This document shows positions 52,192 to 63,816 of a DNA stretch of 64,000 nucleotides, piece by piece (position 1 is the first letter of the stretch; the number at the start of each line of letters is the position of its first letter). Under the pieces are notes generated by a model. The model was not told the origin of the DNA and searched no databases. It was given only the letters and a program-made list of their open reading frames with translations. The position numbers and the translations under genes were made by a program. The stretch is from Alphaproteobacteria bacterium (GTDB lineage: Bacteria; Pseudomonadota; Alphaproteobacteria; MPNO01; UBA830). The DNA lies in contig OZ251539.1 in the NCBI GenBank assembly GCA_965243135.1, positions 2,976,001 through 3,040,000 of the forward strand, in the 5' to 3' direction.

Positions 52192-52982
52192 CTACTCGTT
52201 GCACCGAAAATGGTTGCAACGAGCGAGTTCGTAATGATTCTTCGCGCCGGAAAAGTAGTACTGCCGCTCGGCCGTTGCACGGGTCGCGCGCGCCCGGTCC
52301 GAGCCGGCGGGCGCGGAACCAAGACCAGTCATCCCTGTGTTTTCTCTCGATATCCCCCCACAAGCTTGCGATAGCGTACGGATCGTAGCCGGCAAGAGCG
52401 GCATGGACGACGCCGATCTTGTCCGCCTCGTTCTCGTTCAGAACGCTGTACGCGAAGCTGGATCCCTTGGCGGGCTTGCCTTTCAGCGCGAATTGCGCTA
52501 AGGTGATCATTAGTTGTCGTTCCGTGGCCGCCACGTGGCCGATCGCCGCGGCGACGGCCGCATCGTCCCGCACTTCGTCCATCAAGCCCCGGAAAACGGC
52601 CACTCGGGTTCCGCCGGTCACGAAGGCGTTGAAACCGTCCTCCGGCAATAGGAAGGCATTCCAGCTGGGCAAAGCGGCTTACTGCGTGAACGCGATTGAA
52701 GATGTTCAAAAGCCGGTCGTAGGAACCACGGTCGACTTTCTGGTTCAGGCGGTCGTATTTCCTCAGCGCCCGCCTCATTGCGGCATTTCCTTCCGCGATT
52801 TGTTCGGTACGCGAATGGAAACTGGCCGTGCGTTGTCCGGTGACCGGATCTTCCTCGGTTAAGGATCGATGCCCATCGTACAATCCTCGGTCGATGCTTT
52901 CCAGTGTGGAGCAACCGGAAAGCAAGAAGCCCGCGGCAGAACCAATGAACTCCCGTCTGCGACATCCTGTTCCGGCTTTCAT
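52192..52982 (-). pseudogene. M48-family metallopeptidase lipoprotein remnant
   Basis: Lipobox LLSGC, FNAFVTGG, VAAAIGH, YSVLNENEADKIG..AGYDP; frameshifted and HExxH eroded. Confidence 0.75.
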
Positions 52983-53249
52983 TCGACGTATCCTTCCGGC
53001 TCAAAGTCATTATGCCAAATCGGCAATTAAACGACCCGTACGGAAAATGACCGTCCCCAACGATTTCGAAGTGCAACGTCGGCGGGCGGCCATCGTGAGA
53101 GTGGACCGGGCGGGTCGGTGAGTCAAGGCGACGCGGCGGTCGCCGGCATCGTGTTTCGGCGCGAGACCGTCGAGTCCCGGGAACGGGCGCAGGTCTGAAA
53201 TCCAAGCGTTCGCTGCCCGGGTGACGGTCTGCGATCGAGAGCCTTCTTC

Positions 53250-53500
53250 CGGTCCCGCCGCAAGGGCTTCCGGCAACGCGTTTTTCGCGTCGAGCTTGCC
53301 GCGGCCTCGCGTTTTGCCGACCCGGGTTGGCCGCGCGGCAGCAGGTCGCGGCGCTTCGCAGAAGGTCTCGAGCGGCGCAACGCGTAGCGGCGCCCCCGGT
53401 CGTCGAGCGAACGTCGCTCGACCTGTGCGAGGGTATGCAAGACGTTCCGACCCAGGACCTCGCGCCGTTGACGAAGAAGGGCAGGCTGGCGGCGCCCCCA
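53250..53500 (-). pseudogene. Second, more decayed DUF4338 remnant
   Basis: PLETFCEAPR..VGKTRGRGKLDAKNALP. Confidence 0.65.
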
Positions 53501-54148
53501 ACCGCCGTCCCGTGGCGCAATCTTCCGCGCGGCGGCGCCGGGCGCGGGCGTAAAGCCGAGGTAGCGGGAAGGCGTTCTCGGCCCTCGCCGGCGTCGGGTT
53601 CGCGGAGGACGGACCTGGCGTTCGGGAGTCGGGAACAGGGGCGGTTCGGGAGACGGCGGAGCGGCGAACGCGGACGGACTGCGGCAGCGGCGGAGACGGC
53701 GCGCGTCAAACCCTCCTTCCGGGCCGCGTTCGCCGCCCGCCGGCTGACCGTTCCCGGTTTCCGAACTCCCGAGCGCCGGCGAAGCCGGTCCGGACGTCGC
53801 GCCCGCGCGTCCCCAGGAGTTCGGGGCCTGCCGGGCGAGGCCCGCCGGCGCGGGGACTGCCTGCCGACGACCCACGCTCTGCCCCCGCCTACGCTTTCCG
53901 CCCGGCCCTTCCGGCCAACCGCAACGGATTCCGGGCCCCGGCTACGTCCCCGCCGTCTTGGTCGCCCTCGATGAGGCCGGGCGCTTCTGCGACAGGCTCG
54001 ACGAACGCCTCGACCGCGCGGCATGGACGGAACTCGCCGGACGGCCCATGTTCGCCGACATCGGCAAGAGCCGGGCGCCCGCGCAAGCCCCCGGGGAGGA
54101 ACCGCCGCTGGAATCCGGCGGCTTGCCGACGTTATGCCCGAAAGCCGG

Positions 54149-54259
54149 TCATTTCTTCTTGGGCGGGTTGTTGTCCCGGCCGCCGCCGGACTTTTTGCCG
54201 TCGTTGGTTTTGGCGGGCCAACCGGCGCCCTGCTTCCCACTTTCGCCTTGTTTCGCCAT
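54149..54259 (-). CDS. 36-aa Gly/Lys-rich small protein
   Basis: MAKQGESGKQGAGWPAKTNDGKKSGGGRDNNPPKKK with AAAGGAAG RBS. Confidence 0.55.
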   Translation of the reverse strand: MAKQGESGKQGAGWPAKTNDGKKSGGGRDNNPPKKK

Positions 54260-55169
54260 GGCTGCTTCCTTTCCGAATCGGTCTCGTCGCGAAAGGACTC
54301 TCACCATGAAATATATGGGGTGCCCGGAACGCGATGCAACCCCCGCGAGCCGAACGCCGGACCCGAAACCATCCCCGGTCCGACGCCCTCTGGCCGCTCG
54401 CCGCCGTCTTCCAGATTCCGGCGTCCGCCACCGGGACCCGGCGCCGTCTGTGCGCCGTAAAGGTTTTGCCAACTCCGGCCGGCCGGTTCGCGGCGGCGCC
54501 CGGCATGGAGTTCCGGAATCTTGGTTCGGCAAAGCCTCCTGGACGATTTCGCGCGCTTGCAGAGGTTGCTGGCGAACGAGGTCTTCGCCTGCCGCAGCGA
54601 GGCCGCGCGTGCGCAGCGCTCGGGTTTCGGGACGGACTTGACCGCCTGCAGCGAGCGGGCTGCCTGAAGGCGTCGGCGGAATTTCGGGGCGGCGTGCGCT
54701 GCCGTCGCCGACGCGGGGTGGCGCGCGGCGTCCGCGGCGCCGCAGACGGAAGCCGTTCACGGGCGTTCCGCGACGGAAAGCGCGTGCAGGGTCTTCGTGA
54801 ACGCTCTCGTTCCGCTCGACGTCGCGAACGCGACGGCGCGCAACGGGTAAACCTGGAGGTCGGAGAGGCGGCCCGGACACGCTGTCGAACTTGCCGTGCT
54901 GCGAGCGGCTCGCCGCCAGGGCGCGAAAGCGGCCGTGTACGTCGATCCGGTCGAGACGCTCGCCGTGCCTGGAAGAGCCGGAGTCGCGGCGGCGAAGCTG
55001 CGGGTCGAAAAGCTGGACGCTTTCGCCGACGCGGCCAGCGTCGGCTCTCGCGAAGAAAGCGACCGGACGACGCCGGACGTTCGCAACCGGTCCGCGTTTC
55101 GCCGCGAGGGCGACGGCCCCGTTCTTTTTTCGGGACGCGGTTCCGGAAGCGCCGGCCGCGCGCGCGAAG

Positions 55170-55586
55170 TCAACGAGGCTTCGGCGCCCCTGGAGGGCGG
55201 CTTTCGCCGTCCGGCGCCGTCCGGCTTCTCTGCGCGCCGAGCACGGCGAGACTCCACCCGTCGAGCCTTCCCTTGGCCACCCGTTCGCCAAGTTTGGACA
55301 CCTCGCCGCGGAGCGACGCGACATCGGTTCGCAGCGAAGTGAAATCGGTTCGCAGCGAAGTGAAATCGGTTCGCAGCGAAGTGAAATCGCGGCGCAATCC
55401 CGCAATGTTTTCGTTCGTCGATATGCGCAATGCCTCAATGCTTTCGTTCGTGGACGCCCGCGACGCCTCGAATCTCTCGTTCATGTCCATGCGCAACACT
55501 GCGATTTCCCTGCTCGTAGCCATGCGTCCTTCCAACGCGGCCAGCGCAATCCCGACTCCGAGTATGGTCCGCAATTCCGTCTTCAT
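55170..55586 (-). CDS. Membrane-anchored coiled-coil protein with heptad repeats (possibly eroded)
   Basis: MKTELRTILGVGIALAAL then LRTDFTS heptads and LGERVAK; tail probably frameshifted. Confidence 0.5.
   Translation of the reverse strand: MKTELRTILGVGIALAALEGRMATSREIAVLRMDMNERFEASRASTNESIEALRISTNENIAGLRRDFTSLRTDFTSLRTDFTSLRTDVASLRGEVSKLGERVAKGRLDGWSLAVLGAQRSRTAPDGESRPPGAPKPR
55323..55389. repeat. 21-bp tandem repeat x3 (ATCGGTTCGCAGCGAAGTGAA)
   Basis: Directly visible; encodes the heptad LRTDFTS on the minus strand. Confidence 0.95.
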
Positions 55587-56110
55587 CGTTCCGTACCTCC
55601 GGGACGCCCCCGGCAGCCTCTCGCCGGAGCCGGTTGCAGCCTCAAGCTCCTCTTCCGCCCGACCAGCTGCAACGGACAGAATAGCAGGAATCGCTCCCGA
55701 GGCCTGACAAATGCGCCTCCGCCGCCTGCCGATCTTTGCCTCTGGCATCCACGAAGCGCCGTCCGCCGCTGTCGACGGAATTCGGGAACCTCCCCGACGA
55801 GAACGAGCTGGGGACCTCCCTGGCTATCCCTGCCTGTGCCCCGTGGACTATCCTCCGTCCTCAAGCTCCCGCGCCCTCTCAAGCTTGAAGCGCAACATGC
55901 ATGGTGGCCGACCGTCCGCATGCAGCGGAGAGGTCAGGCGGTCGATCTCCGTCGATGAACGGCAAGGAGACATGGCCAAAGGCCGCCGACCCGTCGCCCT
56001 GAAGGGCAGGTCGAACCGCGAAGAAGCCGCTCAACCCATCCCCATACTGTCCTCGGGCTGCCGGCCGCCGGTATTGCACTTCCGAGCTGATAGCGGGCGT
56101 TCAAACGCTC

Positions 56111-56186
<76 letters not shown>

Positions 56187-56198
56187 ATCATGGTAGGC

Positions 56199-56227
56199 GT
56201 TATATTGCGGATCGGGCGGGTGCGCAA
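56199..56227 (-). promoter_or_regulatory. Sigma70 promoter of tRNA-Lys
   Basis: TTGCGC-N17-TATAAC. Confidence 0.65.
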
Positions 56228-56503
56228 GAGAAACCTGCAAGAGGCTCCAGCGCTGCGCCTCGATCGCCGCCCCGCCGCTCGAAGAGCGCGCCAAGGCGGT
56301 CGGCTCCGCTCGTACCGAAGGGCGGGCGCGGTTCGGTGCAGTTTGACGGCTCCCGTCACGCGCGCCGGCAACTCCTCGCCGTCCTCGCCCGCATGATCGC
56401 CGAACCCGGCGAGACGGTCGTGCGGCCAGCGGCGTCTCGAAGCGCTGCCTGGCCGTTCCTTCTTCCGCGACCCCTGTCGCACCGACGCCGCGACCGCGAA
56501 GCT

Positions 56504-56564
56504 CGGCGTCGGTCGCCTCCAGCAACGCCGACGGCGTCGGTCGCCTCCAGCAACGCCGACGGCG
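56504..56564. repeat. 28-bp perfect tandem repeat x2
   Basis: CGGCGTCGGTCGCCTCCAGCAACGCCGA twice, then CGGCG. Confidence 0.9.
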
Positions 56565-56714
56565 CCGGCCTTGCTGACGCCTGCGCGCGCAACGCGCCGG
56601 CCGGCCCTCGACCCCCGCCCGGCGAAGGTCGAGCGGAAAGAGAGCCCGTTTCAGGCCCGCCCGAACGGCTTCCCCGCCCCGGTCGCCTTGTCGAGTCCGC
56701 CGCCCGCCCCGGCG

Positions 56715-57854
56715 TCATTCCCGACGCTGCGGATGCCATCCTTCCGCCCGGAGGTCCGTCTGGTCGTGGTGGACGTTCACGCAGACGATCAACCCCAGTC
56801 CGATCATCACCGTCAGCATTGCGGTGCCGCCATGGGACACCAGCGGCAGCGGCACGCCGACGACCGGAATCAACCCGAGCACCATGGCGACGTTGATGAA
56901 CATGTAGCAGAACAGCATGCTCGTCACGCCGACGGCGATCAGGGACCCGAAATGGTTCCTCGACCTGAGCCCGATCGCCAGCCCGTAGACGAGGATCAGC
57001 ACGTAGAGGAAGAGCAGCCCCAGGCTGCCGGTCAGACCGAACTCCTCCGCCAGCATGGTGAAGATGAAATCGGTATGCCGTTCCGGCAGGAAATCGAGAT
57101 GGCTCTGGGAGCCGTTCAGGAACCCCTTGCCCGTGACGCCGCCCGAGCCGAACGCGATCTTCGACTGCTGAATGTGGTACCCGGCGTCGTGAGGATCGTT
57201 CTCGGGATTCAGAAACGTCAGAACCCGTTCCTGCTGGTAGGGCCGGAGCATCCTGAACACGAGCGGCATCGCCAGAGCGGACGCGGCAATCACGGAGCCG
57301 AATATCCACAGGCGCACGCCGGCGAGAAAGCACATCGCCGCGCCGACCAGGATCATGAACAGCGTCGTGCCCAGATCCGGCTGTCTCAACACCAGGACGC
57401 ACGGCGCCGCGACCAACGCCAACGGCACGATCAGATAGGGCAGCAGCCGTATCTTGTCGAAGGATATGTCGTGAAAATACCGCGCCAAGGCCAGTACGAG
57501 TCCGATCTTCATCAGTTCCGAGGGCTGCAGCGTGACGGGACCGAGATCGATCCAGCGGCGGGCGCCCATTCCGACCATTCCGGCGAACTCCACGGACGCC
57601 AGGACGGCCAGAAACAGAGCGTAAATCGTGTAGGCGTGGCGCAGCCATACGCGAAGATCGACCAGGGCCACGGCGAACAGCACGACAAGGACGATTCCGA
57701 ACCGCACCAGATGGCGCCGCGCCCACGGATCCCATGCGCCGTCGGCGGCCGAGTATTGCATGCCCACTCCGACGGCGGCCGTGGCGCAGATCAGCGCGAC
57801 GAGGCCCCAGTTGATCCGCAACGCCTTGCGGCCGATGTCGGAAAGCTCCGCCAT
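56715..57854 (-). CDS. rodA: Rod shape-determining protein RodA (SEDS)
   Basis: GARRWIDLG, LQPSELMK, QPDLGT, GYHIQQSKIAFGSGG, FLPERHTDFIF. Confidence 0.97.
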   Translation of the reverse strand: MAELSDIGRKALRINWGLVALICATAAVGVGMQYSAADGAWDPWARRHLVRFGIVLVVLFAVALVDLRVWLRHAYTIYALFLAVLASVEFAGMVGMGARRWIDLGPVTLQPSELMKIGLVLALARYFHDISFDKIRLLPYLIVPLALVAAPCVLVLRQPDLGTTLFMILVGAAMCFLAGVRLWIFGSVIAASALAMPLVFRMLRPYQQERVLTFLNPENDPHDAGYHIQQSKIAFGSGGVTGKGFLNGSQSHLDFLPERHTDFIFTMLAEEFGLTGSLGLLFLYVLILVYGLAIGLRSRNHFGSLIAVGVTSMLFCYMFINVAMVLGLIPVVGVPLPLVSHGGTAMLTVMIGLGLIVCVNVHHDQTDLRAEGWHPQRRE

Positions 57855-59678
57855 TCAGGCCTCGCTGCCCGCGACGGGCGCGGTATCTTTCCTTTGCACG
57901 GCGGAGAGAAGCTCGCGGACGATCGGAGCCGCGACTCCCGAACCGCTGCCGCCATGCATGACGACCACCGCGGCGGCGTATCGCGGGCGATGCGACGGCG
58001 CGAAACCGACGAACAGCGCATGATCGCGCCGGTTCCACGGCAGCTCTTCGTTCTTCAAGACCTTTTTCAGCCGCTCCCGCCTGGTGATTCTCCGCACCTG
58101 CACGGTGCCCGTCTTGCCCGACATCTCGAAGCCTTCCTCCGGGATGCGCGCCTTGTAGGCCGTGCCTCCGCGAACGTTGCAGACGCGGTACATCCCCTCG
58201 CGCACCACCTCCAGCGCCTCCTCCGAAACCCCGAGCGGCTCGAAGGCCGGACTGCCGGTTCCGGAAAGACGCGGCTTCACCGCCACGCGGCCGTTGGCGA
58301 GGCGCGCCGCCATCACCGCGAGCTGCAGCGGAGTCGCCGTGAGGAAACCCTGCCCGATCCCCGCGTTGTAGGTATCGCCCCGCTGCCAGGAGACGCCCCT
58401 CGTCGCCTGCTTCCAGGCTCGCGTCGGCACGAGGCCGCCCTTTTCGCCCGGAAGCCCGATTCCCGTCTTGCGTCCCAGCCCGAAGCGCACCGACATCTCG
58501 GCGATCCGGTCGATGCCGATGCGATCCGCGAGTTTGTAGAAATAGACGTCGCAAGAATGCTGAAGCGCGCCGATCATGTCTTGCCATCCGTGACCGTGCT
58601 TCTTCCAGCAATGGGCGCGCCGGTTGCCGACCTGGACGTGGCCGACGCATCTGATCCGATGGTCCGCGTCCACGATCCCCGCTTCCAGCGCCGCCAGCGC
58701 GACGATCATCTTGAAAGTGGAACCGGGCGGGAACTGCCCCGCTATCGCCTTGTCCGACAGGGGCGAGAGCGGATCCCCGGTTAGCCGCGCCCACTCCCGA
58801 GACGACAGACCGGTCACGAACGCATTGGGATCGAAGCCCGGAACGGACGCCAGAACCAGGACGTCGCCGGTCTCGACCTCCATGATGGCGGCGGCCGCGC
58901 TTTTCTGCCTCCGCAGCAGGTCCGCCGCCTCGATCTGCAAGTCGCGATCCAGCGTCAGGCGAACGTCTTTTCCCGTCTGCCCCTCGCGACGGGACAGTTC
59001 GCGGATCACCCGTCCCATGGCGTTGACCTCGACCTGACGATTGCCGGCTCCGCCGCGCAGACCGGAGTCGAACGCGCGCTCGGCCCCGGCCTTGCCGATC
59101 TTGAAGCCGGGCAGCGACAGAAGGGGATCGTTGCCCGTCTCCTCCCTGGAGGCCGCCGCCACGTAACCCAGAACGTGCGCGAAATCCTCCCTGAAAGGAT
59201 ACTGCCGGCTCTGGCCGACCTTGATGGAAATCCCGGGAAGGTCGGGCGCATTGACCTCGATTCGGGAAACGTCCTCCCAGCTCAAATTCTCCCGAACCGT
59301 CACCGGCACGAAACCGCGGCTGCGCCGCACGGTCCGCAATATGCGCCGGCGTTCGCCGTCGCCGAGTCGGATCAGGCGGGACAGCGCCGCAAGGGTCGCC
59401 TCGACGTCCTTCGCCTGTTCGGCGACCAGGATGAGCCTGTAGTCTTCGCGGTTCACCGCCACCGGATTGCCGTAACGATCGAGAATGCGGCCGCGCAGCG
59501 GCGGAAGAAGCTGCAGATTGATTCGGTTGTCTTCGGCCAAAGTTCTGTATTTGCCGGACTCGACGACCTGCAGCTGGTACATCCGGCTGACCAAAAGGCC
59601 CGTCAACAGCAGCTTGCCGCCGGCGAGAAGCGCCGCCCGGCGCGAAAACGACTTGTATTTCTCGGCGTTATTGTACAT
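57855..59678 (-). CDS. mrdA: Penicillin-binding protein 2
   Basis: RGRILDR, SxxK (GSTFK), SCD, KTGT; mre operon context. Confidence 0.97.
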   Translation of the reverse strand: MYNNAEKYKSFSRRAALLAGGKLLLTGLLVSRMYQLQVVESGKYRTLAEDNRINLQLLPPLRGRILDRYGNPVAVNREDYRLILVAEQAKDVEATLAALSRLIRLGDGERRRILRTVRRSRGFVPVTVRENLSWEDVSRIEVNAPDLPGISIKVGQSRQYPFREDFAHVLGYVAAASREETGNDPLLSLPGFKIGKAGAERAFDSGLRGGAGNRQVEVNAMGRVIRELSRREGQTGKDVRLTLDRDLQIEAADLLRRQKSAAAAIMEVETGDVLVLASVPGFDPNAFVTGLSSREWARLTGDPLSPLSDKAIAGQFPPGSTFKMIVALAALEAGIVDADHRIRCVGHVQVGNRRAHCWKKHGHGWQDMIGALQHSCDVYFYKLADRIGIDRIAEMSVRFGLGRKTGIGLPGEKGGLVPTRAWKQATRGVSWQRGDTYNAGIGQGFLTATPLQLAVMAARLANGRVAVKPRLSGTGSPAFEPLGVSEEALEVVREGMYRVCNVRGGTAYKARIPEEGFEMSGKTGTVQVRRITRRERLKKVLKNEELPWNRRDHALFVGFAPSHRPRYAAAVVVMHGGSGSGVAAPIVRELLSAVQRKDTAPVAGSEA

Positions 59679-60189
59679 TCAACCTGAGCAGCGTGTGCTG
59701 CATCCGCGCCAGAAACCACGCGACGAACGGGAAGGCGGCCACCGTCAGCGCGGCCTGGAACAACGCCGGCGCGGGATCGAGAAGAATCGCGTTCAAGGCC
59801 GACGCGAGCGCCCAGGAGGCTACCGACGTTGCGGCCGCGACCAGGGCGAAGCACCACCAGATCACGGCGAAGGACTTGTCGGCGAAGAAAGCGCGCTGCA
59901 CGGCCGCGGCGCCGCTCACGAACAGCAGCAGGAGCGCGTTCGTCCCGAGGGGCGCGCCGACGAGCACGTCCTGCCACAGGCCAAGGCCGAACGCGGCATA
60001 GGCGGGAAAGAGGTCGCGCCGATGAACGGACCAGTAGAACACCGCGATCAACGCGGCGTTGACGGCGATCTGACCGTAACCCGGAATGTGGAACGGCAGC
60101 GCCGTCGCCGTCGCCAGAATCACGCTGACGAGAAAAGGCGAAAGCAGCCTGGCGGCGCGTTCCAGCTGTCCCAGGACGCCGCCCATCAT
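59668..60189 (-). CDS. mreD: Rod shape-determining protein MreD
   Basis: Hydrophobic; VFYWSVHRRDL, FGLGLWQDVLVGAPLG; between mreC and mrdA. Confidence 0.9.
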   Translation of the reverse strand: MMGGVLGQLERAARLLSPFLVSVILATATALPFHIPGYGQIAVNAALIAVFYWSVHRRDLFPAYAAFGLGLWQDVLVGAPLGTNALLLLFVSGAAAVQRAFFADKSFAVIWWCFALVAAATSVASWALASALNAILLDPAPALFQAALTVAAFPFVAWFLARMQHTLLRLNVQ

Positions 60190-61031
60190 CGCACCAGCTC
60201 GCCGACCTCCTTGCCGGGATACCCGGTCAGGACGCGAACGGCTTCGAGCCGGTCGACGTCCGCGAAGGGCCGAATCCGGATCGGGCCGTCGGGCGGCCCG
60301 ACCACTCGGCCGACCGGCACGCCCGGAGGAAACATGCCCCCGTGACCCGACGTGACAATCCTGTCGCCGGGCCGGAGAAGGGCGTTCGGAGACACGAAAT
60401 CCAGCCCGGGCAGTCCGCTGTTGTTGCCCGCCAGGATCGCCCGCGCGCGCGTCCTCTCGGCGAGAACGGGTATGCGGGAGTTCAAGTCCGTGATCAGCAG
60501 AACGCGGGCGGAGCGCAGTCCGGCTTCGGCGACGCGTCCGACGAGCCCCTCGGCGTTCGCTACGGCGTCGCCCTTCGCGATGCCGTCGCCCGCCCCTCCG
60601 TTCACCAGCACCGTCCGCGCGTAGACGCCTCCGGAGTCGCCCACCACGCGCACCGTCACGAAGGTCTCGCCGTGTTCCGCGACATGGTTCGTCAACCGTC
60701 GGAGAACGGCGTTCTCCGACGCAAGGACGCGCGCCTTGTCGCGCCACGCCATGAGACGCGCGTTCTGCTCTCTCAGGCGCGCGTTCTCGGCGTGAACTTC
60801 CAAAAACCTGTCGACTTCCTCGACGCCCGCGGACAGGGTCGCGAGAGGGCGCGACAATCCGTCCATGACGGGCGCGACGAAATCCGTCGCGTGCACGCGG
60901 AAACGCTCCACCACCAGGGTATCGGCCTTGCCAAGGAGCATGATGGCGAACGCGGCGAGGGCGAGAAACAGAAAGCCGAGACGCTGGCCCGGTCCGCGCG
61001 TCGCGAACCTCGCGAATGAACGCGCCTTCAT
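60186..61031 (-). CDS. mreC: Rod shape-determining protein MreC
   Basis: TM, ENARLR coiled coil, GLVGRV, VLLITDLNSRIPV, VTSGHGGMFPPGVPVG. Confidence 0.96.
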   Translation of the reverse strand: MKARSFARFATRGPGQRLGFLFLALAAFAIMLLGKADTLVVERFRVHATDFVAPVMDGLSRPLATLSAGVEEVDRFLEVHAENARLREQNARLMAWRDKARVLASENAVLRRLTNHVAEHGETFVTVRVVGDSGGVYARTVLVNGGAGDGIAKGDAVANAEGLVGRVAEAGLRSARVLLITDLNSRIPVLAERTRARAILAGNNSGLPGLDFVSPNALLRPGDRIVTSGHGGMFPPGVPVGRVVGPPDGPIRIRPFADVDRLEAVRVLTGYPGKEVGELVR

Positions 61032-61067
61032 CGCAGCGCCTCCGCGCCGCGCTCCCGGCGGAAAACG

Positions 61068-62117
<1,050 letters not shown>

Positions 62118-62131
62118 TCAACCCCGCGGCC

Positions 62132-63673
62132 TCACGCAGTCTGCCGGGCCGGCCCGGCCTTTTCCCGGCCGGCCGTCAACTTGTTCAGCGCATTGACGTA
62201 AGCGCGCGCCGACGCCACCAGCGTGTCGGTGTCGGCGCCTCGTCCGTTCGCCGTCCTGCCGTCCTCCCCGAGACGAACCGTCACTTCCGCCTGCGCGTCC
62301 GTGCCCTCCGTAACGGCATGCACCTGATACAGCTGCAAGCGCGCGGTGGCGCCGGTCAGTTGCTTTATCGCGTTGAAGGTCGCGTCGACCGGACCGTCGC
62401 CGGTCGCCGTGGCGCTGCGTCTCGCGTTCTCGACGTCCAGTTCCAGTTCGGCCGTCTGCGGCCCGAACGAGCCGCACACGACACGCAGCGAAACGAACCG
62501 GATCCGGTCGCTGCCGCGCATCACCTCGTCGTCGACCAATGCGACGATGTCGTCGTCGAAGACTTCGCGTTTCTTGTCCGCGAGCTCCTTGAAGCGGCGG
62601 AAAGCGTCCTGGAAAGCGTTGTCGCCGAGCCGGTAGCCGAGTTCGCGCAGTTTTTCCCGGAACGCATGGCGCCCGGACAGTTTCCCGAGGACGAGCTTGG
62701 ATTCCGCCAGCCCGACCGATTCGGGCGTCATGATTTCGTAGGTGCTGGCGTTCTTGAGGACGCCGTCCTGGTGGATTCCCGATTCGTGCGCGAAGGCGTT
62801 CGCTCCGACGATCGCCTTGTTGGGCTGCACCGTGAAGCCGGTGACGGCCGACACCAGGCGCGAGGCCTTCGTGATCATTTCGGTTCTGACGCCGGTCTCG
62901 AAGGGCAACATGTCGTTCCGGGTGCGGAGCGCCATGACGATCTCCTCGAGCGCCGCGTTGCCCGCGCGCTCCCCGAGGCCGTTGACGGTGCATTCGACCT
63001 GGCGGGCGCCCGCGGCGACGCCCGCCAGCGAATTGGCCACCGCCAGGCCGAGGTCGTCGTGGCAATGGGTCGAGAACACCGCCTTGTCGCTGTTGGGCAC
63101 GCGTTCGATCAGCATGCGAATCAGCCCGCCGAACTCTTCCGGGATCGAGTAGCCGACGGTATCGGGCAGGTTGATGCAGGTCGCCCCGGCCTTGATCGCC
63201 CCTTCGACGCAGCGGCACAGGAAATCCGGTTCCGACCGCGTGCCGTCCTCCGGCGACCAGTCGACGTCGTCGGTGAACCGGCGCGCGTGCGCCACGCTGT
63301 CGACGACGTGCCGGTAGACGTCGTCCGGCTCCATCTGCAACTTGTACTTCATGTGCAGCGGGCTCGTGGCGATGAAGGTGTGGATGCGTCCCCGGGCCGC
63401 CGGCCGCAACGCTTCGGCCGCGCGCTCGACGTCCTGTCGCGGCGATCGGGCGAGAGCGCAAACCGTCGCGTTGCGGACCAGTTTCGCGATCTCGTTCACC
63501 GCCTCGAAATCGCCCCGCGACGCGATCGGAAAACCCGCCTCGATCACGTCGACGCCCAACGCTTCGAGCGTTTCGGCGATTCTCAGCTTCTCTTCGATGT
63601 TCATCGACGCGCCCGGCGACTGCTCGCCGTCGCGCAGCGTGGTGTCGAATATGGAAATCTTTTCGGCGTTCAT
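62132..63673 (-). CDS. leuA: 2-isopropylmalate synthase
   Basis: IFDTTLRDGEQSPG, HCHDDLG, GLGERAGN, AHESGIHQDG; RBS GAGGAG before ATG 63673. Confidence 0.97.
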   Translation of the reverse strand: MNAEKISIFDTTLRDGEQSPGASMNIEEKLRIAETLEALGVDVIEAGFPIASRGDFEAVNEIAKLVRNATVCALARSPRQDVERAAEALRPAARGRIHTFIATSPLHMKYKLQMEPDDVYRHVVDSVAHARRFTDDVDWSPEDGTRSEPDFLCRCVEGAIKAGATCINLPDTVGYSIPEEFGGLIRMLIERVPNSDKAVFSTHCHDDLGLAVANSLAGVAAGARQVECTVNGLGERAGNAALEEIVMALRTRNDMLPFETGVRTEMITKASRLVSAVTGFTVQPNKAIVGANAFAHESGIHQDGVLKNASTYEIMTPESVGLAESKLVLGKLSGRHAFREKLRELGYRLGDNAFQDAFRRFKELADKKREVFDDDIVALVDDEVMRGSDRIRFVSLRVVCGSFGPQTAELELDVENARRSATATGDGPVDATFNAIKQLTGATARLQLYQVHAVTEGTDAQAEVTVRLGEDGRTANGRGADTDTLVASARAYVNALNKLTAGREKAGPARQTA

Positions 63674-63741
63674 CTGAGTGCTCCTCTCCGGTCGGATGTT
63701 CGGCAACCCCCTGGGCGGCACTGCGGAACGCGCATAGCCGC

Positions 63742-63816
63742 TCAGGGGCATCCAAGGAGAGCGTCGGCAAGCGGACGCAGCGCGGAGACCCCACGGTCCG
63801 TTTTCGTCCGGTTCAT
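63742..63816 (-). promoter_or_regulatory. Putative leuA leader peptide/attenuator
   Basis: MNRTKTDRGVSALRPLADALLGCP* has 4 Leu codons; the stop lies in CCCCTGA, which can pair with downstream CAGGGG. Confidence 0.6.

Noticed and set aside
1-56110. Prophage or self-transmissible ICE
   Set aside because: No phage structural genes and no T4SS or coupling-protein genes in the window; only mobilisation functions are visible, though transfer genes could lie to the left.
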